Origin: a bacterium
GTDB lineage: Bacteria; Zhuqueibacterota; Zhuqueibacteria; Residuimicrobiales; Krinioviventaceae
NCBI GenBank assembly: GCA_963674595.2
Contig: CAXXFV010000004.1
Coordinates: 32,001 to 96,000 of the forward strand
Length of the DNA stretch: 64,000 nt
Direction of reading: 5' to 3'
Shown: positions 18,357-27,031 of the stretch, one piece after another
Layout: each line of letters starts with the position of its first letter
How positions within the stretch are numbered: position 1 is the first letter of the stretch
Made by a program: the position numbers and the translations under genes
The notes under the pieces: model-generated
What the model saw: only the letters and a program-made list of their open reading frames with translations
What the model was told of the DNA's origin: nothing
The model's database searches: none

Positions 18357-19394
18357 ATGAATAATCTTTTTATTCCTGAAAACTATCAATCTGTACTGGA
18401 CCTGAAAAAAACAGAAAGAGCAATAAAAGAAGTTAAAGATTTTTTTCAATTAAACCTCTCTACGGAATTACGTCTGAGAAGGGTAACGGCCCCATTATAT
18501 GTTAAAAAAGGAACAGGAATTAACGACAATTTAAACGGTGTTGAAAGGCCGGTTACTTTTCCCATAAAAGCGATGAATGACGCTCATGCTGAAATAGTAC
18601 ATTCATTAGCAAAGTGGAAAAGACTTGTGCTGTCAGATTATGACATACCAACAGGATATGGTATATATACGGATATGAATGCCATCCGGCCGGATGAAGA
18701 TCTGGACAATATCCATTCACTTTATGTTGATCAATGGGATTGGGAAAGTGTTATGACCAGCGAACAGCGTAATATAGATTTTTTAAAACAAATTGTGCGT
18801 AAACTCTATGAAATAATGAAACGGACCGAATATTTCGTTTTTGAACTGCATCCGGAAATCGAACCGTCCCTGCCGGATGACATTACATTTATACATGCCG
18901 AAGAGTTATTACAGCTTTACCCCGATCTAAACCCCAAAGAGCGTGAAAACAAAATAGTTGAAAAACATAAAGCCGTATTTGTCATTGGAATCGGCGGGGC
19001 GCTCTCTGATGGTAAACCACACGATGGACGTGCACCGGATTATGATGACTGGATAACACCGTCAAATAACGGCTATAAAGGTTTAAATGGCGATATTTTA
19101 ATCTGGAATCCGGTTTTACAGAGTTCCTTTGAAATATCATCAATGGGCATCCGTGTCAATCCGGAATCTTTGGTACAACAACTGAAAATTACAGGTAATT
19201 TGGACCGAAAAGAATTATATTTTCATAAAAGATTACTGGAAAACGATTTACCCTTATCCATTGGCGGTGGTATCGGCCAGTCACGTTTATGTATGCTCTT
19301 TTTACGTAAAGCACATATTGGAGAAATTCAGGTCAGTCTTTGGCCGGACAACATGGTAGACAAATGCAGATCAAACGGAATTGTGCTTTTATAA
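18357..19394 (+). CDS. asnA: Aspartate--ammonia ligase
   Basis: NDNLNGVER, VHSLAKWKR, HSLYVDQWDWE, GRAPDYDDW, SSMGIRV, SIGGGIGQSR, HIGE. Confidence 0.97.
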   Translation: MNNLFIPENYQSVLDLKKTERAIKEVKDFFQLNLSTELRLRRVTAPLYVKKGTGINDNLNGVERPVTFPIKAMNDAHAEIVHSLAKWKRLVLSDYDIPTGYGIYTDMNAIRPDEDLDNIHSLYVDQWDWESVMTSEQRNIDFLKQIVRKLYEIMKRTEYFVFELHPEIEPSLPDDITFIHAEELLQLYPDLNPKERENKIVEKHKAVFVIGIGGALSDGKPHDGRAPDYDDWITPSNNGYKGLNGDILIWNPVLQSSFEISSMGIRVNPESLVQQLKITGNLDRKELYFHKRLLENDLPLSIGGGIGQSRLCMLFLRKAHIGEIQVSLWPDNMVDKCRSNGIVLL

Positions 19395-19437
19395 TCTAAC
19401 AAATAAAGTCAGAGCCGACAGCTTTTCAAGTTTCATC

Positions 19438-19466
19438 TTGCGTATCATTGGGATTTTTCCTATAAT
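19438..19466 (+). promoter_or_regulatory. Sigma70 promoter for the epimerase-bcp-ferritin-larA operon
   Basis: TTGCGT-N17-TATAAT, followed by an AGAGGT SD before the ATG at 19494. Confidence 0.7.
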
Positions 19467-19493
19467 CTATAAATGATTCATCAAGAGGTTTGA

Positions 19494-20408
19494 ATGAAGG
19501 TTTTACTAACAGGTGCATCCGGATTTGTCGGCACGCATGTTCAAAAGGCCTTACTTGACGATGGGCATACAATTCGATGCCTGGTTCATAGTAAAAAAAA
19601 CATACCTCGACAAACCGGCGTCGAAACAGTGACCGGAGATATTACACAACCAAACTCTCTGAAACAAGCGCTAAAAGATTGCGATGCAATCATTCATCTG
19701 GTCGCCATAATTGAAGAAAACAAATCAAAAGGCATTACCTTCGACAAGTTAAACCTGGAAGGAACTGTCAATCTGGCAGATACGGCCGTAAAAAATGGCG
19801 TCAATAGATTTATATATACAAGCGCCCTCGGTGCTGATCCCAACGGCCCGACCGCCTATTTTCAATCAAAAGGTAAAGCCGAAGAATATATAAAAAACAG
19901 CCCTTTAATCTATACCATATTCCGGCCGTCATTTATCTATGGACAGGGCGATGCCGTTTATTCTATGTTGAGCCGGGTTATACAAAAAACTCCCTATGGA
20001 ATTTATCCTCTTTTCGGAAACGGATTGTACCGGCATCAACCGGTCTGGGTGCAACATGTCAGTAAAGGCATTGTAAACGCCTTATCTGAACCTTTAACAT
20101 ATTACAAAACATATAATGTCGGCGGCCCTGAACAATTGACGTTCAAAAAACAACTGGAAATTCTGGCCGAAATTACGAACTCAAAAATCCGCTTTTTATC
20201 ATTGCCTTTATGGTTTTCAAAATGGATTGCTGCAATTGGTAATATTCTTCCCTTTTTGCCGATTGACAGCGATCGTTTAAAAATGCTCACACAAGATAAT
20301 GTTTGTAACGCATCTGCATTTTATAAAGAGTTAAAGATCAAACCTGTATTTTTTAAAGATATCCTTTCCCGGGAATTAAACGAAATAACTGGAGGTAAAA
20401 ATGAGTGA
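19494..20408 (+). CDS. NAD-dependent epimerase/dehydratase, complex I NDUFA9-like atypical SDR
   Basis: TGASGFVG, SALGA, YFQSK, FRPSFIYG, GGPE. Confidence 0.85.
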   Translation: MKVLLTGASGFVGTHVQKALLDDGHTIRCLVHSKKNIPRQTGVETVTGDITQPNSLKQALKDCDAIIHLVAIIEENKSKGITFDKLNLEGTVNLADTAVKNGVNRFIYTSALGADPNGPTAYFQSKGKAEEYIKNSPLIYTIFRPSFIYGQGDAVYSMLSRVIQKTPYGIYPLFGNGLYRHQPVWVQHVSKGIVNALSEPLTYYKTYNVGGPEQLTFKKQLEILAEITNSKIRFLSLPLWFSKWIAAIGNILPFLPIDSDRLKMLTQDNVCNASAFYKELKIKPVFFKDILSRELNEITGGKNE

Positions 20409-20877
20409 TGTCATTAAATTAGAAAAAGGTGATACCGCACCTGACTTTTCATTATCAGCCTCTACAGGCGAAACAATTTCTTTAAAAGATTTTTTAAACA
20501 AAAAACGCGTCGTTTTATATTTTTATCCCAAAGACAACACGCCAGGATGTACAAAAGAAGCATGTTCCTTTCGGGATAACCAGGATGCCATTCAGGCCAA
20601 AGATACTGTTGTATTAGGCGTCAGTGCAGACAGCCTGGCATCTCACGAAAAATTTATAACAAAATTTGATTTAAATTTCCCCTTGTTGTCGGACCCGGAC
20701 CATAAAACAGCAGAAGCTTACGGCGCCTGGGGCGAAAAAAAATTATATGGAAAAACCTATTTTGGCATGATTCGTAAAACATTTATTATTGGTAAAGACG
20801 GTAAACTGGAGCATGTTTTTCACAAGGTTAAAGCCGATGGTCATGGAGAAGAAATTCTAAAACTATTAAATAATTAG
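20401..20877 (+). CDS. bcp: Thioredoxin-dependent peroxiredoxin (BCP/PrxQ)
   Basis: FYPKDNTPGCTKEACSFRD motif. Confidence 0.95.
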   Translation: MSDVIKLEKGDTAPDFSLSASTGETISLKDFLNKKRVVLYFYPKDNTPGCTKEACSFRDNQDAIQAKDTVVLGVSADSLASHEKFITKFDLNFPLLSDPDHKTAEAYGAWGEKKLYGKTYFGMIRKTFIIGKDGKLEHVFHKVKADGHGEEILKLLNN

Positions 20878-20905
20878 TAAATGGAATTCCAAATTGGAGG
20901 GAAAC

Positions 20906-21379
20906 ATGGCAAATTTATTTTTAGCAAGTGAAATTCTGGAAATGAACATTGCGGAAGAGCAAAATGGCGCCGCATTTTATCAAGCTTTATCAGAATCAGC
21001 ACAAAGCACTGCACTAAAAAAAGCTGCTCATGAAATAGCAGAACAGGAAATAATGCATGAAAAACGATTTGCCCAACTATTAGCAGAGGTTGAACATCGT
21101 GAACCAGAGGAAAGCTATCCGGGTGAATTTGATGCATACATTCAATCACTGATGCGATTTAAAATGTTTCCTGACAAAGAGTCGGCTATTGCCGAAGCGA
21201 ACCAGCTTGATGATATACCCGCCGTTGAATATGCTATAAAAACCGAACAGGCGACATTAAACTTGTTAAATGAATTAAAAAAACATATCGATTCACATGT
21301 AATTATTGATTTAACAATAAACGAAGAAAAAGACCACATTGAACAGTTGAACCAAATTTTAAAAAGCATAAAACCATGA
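20906..21379 (+). CDS. Ferritin-like / rubrerythrin-family protein
   Basis: E..G..FY, EQEIMH and EEKDH di-iron motifs. The ATG at 20906 follows a GGAGG SD and is preferred over the TTG at 20894. Confidence 0.85.
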   Translation: MANLFLASEILEMNIAEEQNGAAFYQALSESAQSTALKKAAHEIAEQEIMHEKRFAQLLAEVEHREPEESYPGEFDAYIQSLMRFKMFPDKESAIAEANQLDDIPAVEYAIKTEQATLNLLNELKKHIDSHVIIDLTINEEKDHIEQLNQILKSIKP

Positions 21380-22635
21380 AACTGAATTATGGGAAAAAGG
21401 GCGTTGAAATAAATCTGCCTGACAACATTACATGGGGTGTTCTTGATAAAGAAATGCCGTTTGTTCCAAAAGATGAAACAGAAATTATTTTATCCGGCAT
21501 TGAATCATTATTAGAACAATTGGACCCAAAAATAAACACCGGTTGCCGGTTATTATTGGTTGTACCGGACCACACCAGACGTTGTCGGCTTGAATTGATC
21601 TTACCTCCTTTAATCGAAGCCCTGGAACAGGAATTCGAAGCTACAATCGATATTTTGGTCGCAAACGGCAGCCATATAATTCAACCTGAAGAAAAGGTAC
21701 GAGAACTGTTAAGCCCGAAAATTTTCGACAAATATCCGGTGACACAACATGATTATATGGATGCGGATACTTTATTGTACCTGGGAGAAACCTCTTTCGG
21801 GACACCGATTTGGTTAAACAAAAAGGTAAAAGAAGCAGATTTTATCATTACCATTGGCGGTATTCTTTATCACTATTTTGCAGGATTTGGCGGCGGCCCC
21901 AAAATGCTGTTACCCGGTATAGCCGGACAAAAGACAATTCTCAACAATCACCGCCGTACGATTGATCCGGAAACCGGACAATTTCACAAAAACATCCACG
22001 AAGGCAACATAACGACAAATCCTGTCTTTAGGGATTTATCTGAAAGTGTAGATTTTGTTCCAAACAGTTTATCATTACAATTTGCTTTGAGTCCAAAGGG
22101 TTCGATTGTATATGCTGAAGCGGGATCCATTTTGGGAACTCACAAAAGTGTTTGTGAAAAGGTTAAAGATATTTACAGCATTGAAATAAAAGAAAAAGCT
22201 GACATTGTTGTTGCAAGCGCGGGCGGATTTCCGTCTGATGTCAATTTGATCCAGTCTCATAAATCAATCCATCATGCCTTTCAGGCCGTTAAAAAAAACG
22301 GCGTGATCATCGTTTTTGCGGAATGTTCCGAAGGTGTCGGGTCAAACTCATTTATGCCCTTTTTTGAAGAAAAAGATTCTTTGGCAATCGGCCACCGGCT
22401 TTTAAAGGATTACAGAATAAACGGACATACGGCTTTGACTCTAAAAACCAAAACAGAAAACGCACATATAATTTTTGTAACGCAAATGGAGGCAGAACTT
22501 GTTCAAAAAACAGGTATGATTCCGGCTAAAACTGCTGACGAAGCGTTCGAAATTGCACAAAATCTGCTACCGAAAAGAGGCAAAGGATACATCCTGCCCA
22601 CCGGTCAAATACATGTCCCTGTTTTCGTAAATTAA
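21376..22635 (+). CDS. larA: Nickel-pincer-dependent lactate racemase family (LarA-like hydroxy-acid racemase/epimerase)
   Basis: VPDHTR, ANGSH, HYFAGFGGGPKMLLPG, NNH, NLIQSHK and AECSEG motifs of LarA. Confidence 0.85.
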   Translation: MKLNYGKKGVEINLPDNITWGVLDKEMPFVPKDETEIILSGIESLLEQLDPKINTGCRLLLVVPDHTRRCRLELILPPLIEALEQEFEATIDILVANGSHIIQPEEKVRELLSPKIFDKYPVTQHDYMDADTLLYLGETSFGTPIWLNKKVKEADFIITIGGILYHYFAGFGGGPKMLLPGIAGQKTILNNHRRTIDPETGQFHKNIHEGNITTNPVFRDLSESVDFVPNSLSLQFALSPKGSIVYAEAGSILGTHKSVCEKVKDIYSIEIKEKADIVVASAGGFPSDVNLIQSHKSIHHAFQAVKKNGVIIVFAECSEGVGSNSFMPFFEEKDSLAIGHRLLKDYRINGHTALTLKTKTENAHIIFVTQMEAELVQKTGMIPAKTADEAFEIAQNLLPKRGKGYILPTGQIHVPVFVN

Positions 22636-22639
22636 TTTC

Positions 22640-22670
22640 AAAAGCCCTGTATAAAAACACAGGGCTTTTT
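22640..22670 (+). terminator. Intrinsic terminator
   Basis: AAAAGCCCTGT-ataaaaac-ACAGGGCTTTTT just after the larA stop. Confidence 0.85.
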
Positions 22671-22790
22671 ATCATATAAAATCATTTTATTACCTGACAT
22701 TTCCCTTGATAAGCTTTTATCTTTTTGTTAATTTACACCTGCCTTTTCACCAAGCAAACCATGACATTTAACTAAAATACAGGAATTAAA

Positions 22791-24269
22791 ATGGCGGAAG
22801 AAAAATCTAAAGGATTATTACGATCATTTCCCCGGGTGTTCTGGATTTCCAATATTATGGAACTTTTTGAACGCGCTGCCTATTACGGCCTGAATTCAGT
22901 TTTAGCCGTTTACTTGAGCAATTCCGTTCGCGAAGGCGGATTAGGATTTACCGAACAGTCCGTAGGCTTTTTACAAAGTCTGGTGTATGCATTTACCTAT
23001 ATTGTCCCAATCCTTGGAGGCGCCCTGGCTGACCGGTATGGCTACCGACGCATGCTGCTGGCTGCTTTTTCATTTTTAACAGCAGGATATTTCATTTCAG
23101 GACATGTCAGTTCCTACGGTATTGTATTTGCCAGTCTTTTAATTATGGCAACAGGTTCCGGTTTATTTAAGCCTATTATTTCCGGTTCCATAGCACGAAC
23201 AACAAACGAAGAAAATTCGGGTTTTGGATTCGGTATTTATTACTGGATGATAAACCTGGGTGCTTTTCTGGCCCCTCTCCTTGTCAGCTATCTTAAAGGA
23301 TTTTCCTGGAGATATGTTTTTATTGCATCTTCATTATATTGTGCCTTAATGTTGATTCCAACATTAATTATTTACAAAGACCCTCCAAAGCCTGAAAGCA
23401 GCAAGTCTTTAAAACAAGTTTTAAGCGGTGCTGCTTTGGTATTGGGAGATGCACGCTTTATGCTGATGATCTTTGTCTATTCCTGTTTTTGGATTTTATA
23501 TTTCCAAAATTTCGGTTCTGTCTTGTGGTTTTTACGCGACTTTATCGATAAAGCACCGGTAGATAATGCCTTTGCGGCCATCGGCATTCCGTTAAAATTT
23601 GATGTGGAACATGTTACCGTTATTAACGCCGGCACAATTATCCTGCTACAGGTACTGGTCAGCAGGATCGTTAAAAATGTAAAACCTTTACCGACCATGG
23701 TTGCCGGTATTCTCATTGGTTCTTTAGGATTTGTATGTTTGGCCTTTGCACACAATGCCTGGCTGTTTATTTTGGGTATTGCTGTTTTTTCCATAGGCGA
23801 AATGACCGCCCATCCAAAATATTACAGCTATATCGGTTTGGTTGCTCCTTCCGACAAAAAAGCTGTTTATATGGGTTATGCTTTTCTTTATGGTGTTATC
23901 GGTAGTTTGGTGGGAAGTAATGTCGGTGGTGTTATGTATGAATCGATTTTAAAACCACTTATCGGGCAAACAGGTATTGAAAGTGATTTGAGAAATTTCT
24001 GGCTTATATTTGCGGCTTTAGGTGTGCTGGCCATGGCAGGGCTTGTTTTGTATAACAAATTTTTTGCAGAAGATACACCGCAAACAAACCGGCAAGCACG
24101 CTATATTATGATTGGTGTGTATTCAATGTTGTTTTTACTGGGAGCCTGGTTCTTTTACAGTGCTGCATTTGCCGGCGAAATTGTTCAATATAAAACAATG
24201 GTTCAAGCCATTATCATGTTGTTAATCGGCAGCGGTGGTGCGGCCATTAGTTTTAAACATAAAGCTTAA
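22791..24269 (+). CDS. MFS transporter, POT/peptide-proton symporter-like
   Basis: MELFERAAYYG (ExxER motif), GGALADRYG, FGIYYWMINLGAF, and 12 or more TM segments. Confidence 0.9.
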   Translation: MAEEKSKGLLRSFPRVFWISNIMELFERAAYYGLNSVLAVYLSNSVREGGLGFTEQSVGFLQSLVYAFTYIVPILGGALADRYGYRRMLLAAFSFLTAGYFISGHVSSYGIVFASLLIMATGSGLFKPIISGSIARTTNEENSGFGFGIYYWMINLGAFLAPLLVSYLKGFSWRYVFIASSLYCALMLIPTLIIYKDPPKPESSKSLKQVLSGAALVLGDARFMLMIFVYSCFWILYFQNFGSVLWFLRDFIDKAPVDNAFAAIGIPLKFDVEHVTVINAGTIILLQVLVSRIVKNVKPLPTMVAGILIGSLGFVCLAFAHNAWLFILGIAVFSIGEMTAHPKYYSYIGLVAPSDKKAVYMGYAFLYGVIGSLVGSNVGGVMYESILKPLIGQTGIESDLRNFWLIFAALGVLAMAGLVLYNKFFAEDTPQTNRQARYIMIGVYSMLFLLGAWFFYSAAFAGEIVQYKTMVQAIIMLLIGSGGAAISFKHKA

Positions 24270-24299
24270 AAAAAAGGAGTCTAAAGACTCCTTTTTTTT
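24268..24299. terminator. Bidirectional intrinsic terminator
   Basis: AAAAAAAAGGAGTCT-aa-AGACTCCTTTTTTTT between convergent genes. Confidence 0.9.
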
Positions 24300-24300
24300 G

Positions 24301-25581
24301 TTATTCTTTTTCAACCAGCACAATATAAGAAGTTCCGGGCCTGGTACGGTCCCCTTTACCTGTTACGACAATCAACTCATTTTTACCGTCATTATCCGCA
24401 TCACCAACATCAATCCATGAAGATTCTGCAGTTTCGTTAAAGTTGACCAATAATTCTTTTTTAATCTCGGAATTTTCAACTTTAAACATAAAAACATGGC
24501 CCAAATGCCGGCTGCCGGCAACCTTTTCCGAATGTTCGTCACCCCGGGTTGAAATAACTATTTCGTTTTTACCGTCATTATCCACATCATTAACGACCAT
24601 CATTTTTTCAAAATAGGCTAAATCAAAATCAGGGTCTTCATAGGCAAGTGTATAAACCTGGTTTGCCTGTTCTTTAATATCATAAACGAGGATTGTCGCT
24701 TTATTTATGTCCTGTTTTACTTTCCAGCCGACAACAAGTTCATTTTGTTGATCATTATCAACATCACCAACCATAGCGGAAGAGTAGAAACATTTATTAC
24801 CGTCAAATCCGTCTATAACGATTCGCGGCGGCGTAACCAGTTCACCTTTATCGTCAAACTCGTAAATTTCTACCGTCGCTTTACCGTGACGAAAACCGTT
24901 GGACGTAATATATTCAACCTGTCCGTCGTTATCCACATCGGAGATCAGAGACTCTTCACCTGATCCGGAAAGGTGATAAATCTTACGTGAAGTTATTTGA
25001 TTCAGATCATTATCAAAATCATAACGAATCACTTCACCTCCGCCGCAATAAGCGGAAACAACTTCCATTATTCCGTCTTTATCCAAATCACAGGATGCCA
25101 AATTATGGGTATAGGAACTGGAATTATATTCCGATCTTACAGCATGTTTTGTTATTAATTTTCCATCTATATAATCAAAAAGATAAAACAGGGCCGTTTC
25201 ACCGGTCTCCTGGCCTGTCCCCAGAATAATTTCGTTTTTCTTGTCAAAATTTAAATCGACTACCTTAACAGCCAAACCCATACCGGGAAAAGCTTGAGCG
25301 AGGTTATCAGCAAGCATTTTTGTTTCCCAGGTAGTGTTAATTTTTTTAGATATGTACAAACGGCTGTTTGGGCACCCGGTCGTTAGAATTTCATTTTGAC
25401 CGTCATTGTCAGCATCACCGATCTCAACATCCCATCCGGCATAACTCTGGTCGACGCCGGCTATTATTTCACCACGCCATCCATCTGCCAACAGGGCAAT
25501 ACTGTTTATCTTTGGAGATGTTTTACACCCTGTCATTTGAATAACTAAAACACTCAACAAAAACAATCGTACTATTTTCAT
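24301..25581 (-). CDS. FG-GAP/VCBS repeat lipoprotein (7-bladed beta-propeller)
   Basis: Seven DxDxDG-type repeats (GDADNDG, VDLNFDK, CDLDKDG, SDVDNDG, GDVDNDQ, NDVDNDG, GDADNDG). Lipobox MTGC when started at ATG 25581. Confidence 0.85.
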   Translation of the reverse strand: MKIVRLFLLSVLVIQMTGCKTSPKINSIALLADGWRGEIIAGVDQSYAGWDVEIGDADNDGQNEILTTGCPNSRLYISKKINTTWETKMLADNLAQAFPGMGLAVKVVDLNFDKKNEIILGTGQETGETALFYLFDYIDGKLITKHAVRSEYNSSSYTHNLASCDLDKDGIMEVVSAYCGGGEVIRYDFDNDLNQITSRKIYHLSGSGEESLISDVDNDGQVEYITSNGFRHGKATVEIYEFDDKGELVTPPRIVIDGFDGNKCFYSSAMVGDVDNDQQNELVVGWKVKQDINKATILVYDIKEQANQVYTLAYEDPDFDLAYFEKMMVVNDVDNDGKNEIVISTRGDEHSEKVAGSRHLGHVFMFKVENSEIKKELLVNFNETAESSWIDVGDADNDGKNELIVVTGKGDRTRPGTSYIVLVEKE

Positions 25582-25721
25582 TACTGTTCCCTTATATTTT
25601 CTAATAACTTTATATAACAACCAGGATAAATTTTAATATAATAATAGGGAAAGATAAAGGAATTGATTTTAAAAAATTTGGGATACCGTAGCAGCAGGTA
25701 GTTAATAATCAGTAATAAATT

Positions 25722-26270
25722 TTAGGCAGGAATTCCCTTTTCAAGCACGCTTAATTTTTTACCAAGTTCAATTGTCCATGTATTGATAAAATCCCAATCA
25801 CGTGTATCAACACTTCCATTAACCGGTAGTCCGGTTTTTTCCAAAACGCGTCGCATTAATCCCTGCATAACAGGATTTAACTGATCAAAATCAATTTTCC
25901 CGCCAAAAGCTTCTATTGCAACCGGTTCCATTTCAGGATATTTTTCAGTAATCTGGGACAGATAATCTTTTTTCACTTTGTCGCGGCCCTGTTCACAATT
26001 GGCAGTCAAACAAACAGCAAAAAGGACAAAACTTTTTTTATCTAATACAGACCGGAATCTGGCAAAAAAATCTCTTACATTGGCTAATGGCCGGTCCGCC
26101 CGAACGGAACTTCCGACAATGACCGTATCATAGGGGGACAAATCGTTTATGTCATCAATAGATTTTGTTTCGATATTAAAGCCAAAATTTTCTTTTAAAA
26201 CATCATCAATTTTAAAAGCGATTTCACGAGTGGACCCAAATCCGCTACTATAGGTTATAAGAATGTTCAT
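25722..26270 (-). CDS. Flavodoxin-domain protein (Flavodoxin_5 / HemG-like), paralog 1
   Basis: ITYSSGFGSTREIA FMN loop, VIVGSSV, FAVCL, AFGG, DTRDW. Start taken at MNILIT. Confidence 0.85.
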   Translation of the reverse strand: MNILITYSSGFGSTREIAFKIDDVLKENFGFNIETKSIDDINDLSPYDTVIVGSSVRADRPLANVRDFFARFRSVLDKKSFVLFAVCLTANCEQGRDKVKKDYLSQITEKYPEMEPVAIEAFGGKIDFDQLNPVMQGLMRRVLEKTGLPVNGSVDTRDWDFINTWTIELGKKLSVLEKGIPA

Positions 26271-26344
26271 AGTTTTTCCAGATTTCAATTTAATTTGGTT
26301 AATATAACATACTAGAGATAAAAAACAAAATATTTATTATATTT

Positions 26345-26872
26345 TTAATCTGAAACAAGGCTCATTTTTAGTTCTTTGGCCCACTTTTCAATTACAGACC
26401 AATCTTTAATGGAATTACCTTCTGAAAAACCTTTTTTATCCATGACATTTTTCACAATGCTTTTCATAACGGGATTAAACTGGTCCAAATTCACACTGCC
26501 GCCAAAAGCAGCAATTTTAAAAAAGTGAATTTGAGGATATTTTTCTAAAAATTGAGGTAAATACTCATTTAAAACGATTCTCTCCCCTTCAGCAGAATTT
26601 GCCGTCAAACAAACAACAAACAGTGCAACTTTTTTCTCTGATAATTCTTTATTTTTTGTATGAATAAAATCCCTGGTATTAGCTAAAATGCGATCAGCTC
26701 TGACAGATGTACCTATTATAACCGTATCATAAAACCCAAGAGAGTCCACCTGATCGATACTGGCGATTTGAACATTTAAATCGCTATCCTGGATTGTATT
26801 ACCGATAACATGGGCAATTTCTTTAGTTGTCCCATAACCGCTGCTATAAACAATTAAAACAGACTTTGCCAA
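26345..26872 (-). CDS. Flavodoxin-domain protein (Flavodoxin_5 / HemG-like), paralog 2
   Basis: IVYSSGYGTTKEIA, IIGTSV, FVVCL, AFGG, IKDW. TTG start. Confidence 0.85.
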   Translation of the reverse strand: MAKSVLIVYSSGYGTTKEIAHVIGNTIQDSDLNVQIASIDQVDSLGFYDTVIIGTSVRADRILANTRDFIHTKNKELSEKKVALFVVCLTANSAEGERIVLNEYLPQFLEKYPQIHFFKIAAFGGSVNLDQFNPVMKSIVKNVMDKKGFSEGNSIKDWSVIEKWAKELKMSLVSD

Positions 26873-26974
26873 ACAGTTCTAATCCTTTTTTAAAATTGAT
26901 CCGTTTCTCAAACTAAATAACACCCGTTTATTGTAAAATATTCTCATTAATATAAAAAAGATACTTTATAAAAT

Positions 26975-27006
26975 AAAAGGCGCTTTTATTAAAAAAAGCG
27001 CCTTTT
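26975..27006 (-). terminator. Intrinsic terminator ending the glycan-utilisation operon
   Basis: AAAAGGCGCTTT...AAAGCGCCTTTT inverted repeat about 25 nt past the SSS stop. Confidence 0.8.
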
Positions 27007-27031
27007 GTAAAAACATTTATATGAATAAATA

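Noticed and set aside
25722-26872. Assigning hemG to the flavodoxins
   Set aside because: Only the fold is supported; there is no heme-pathway context and there are two divergent copies.
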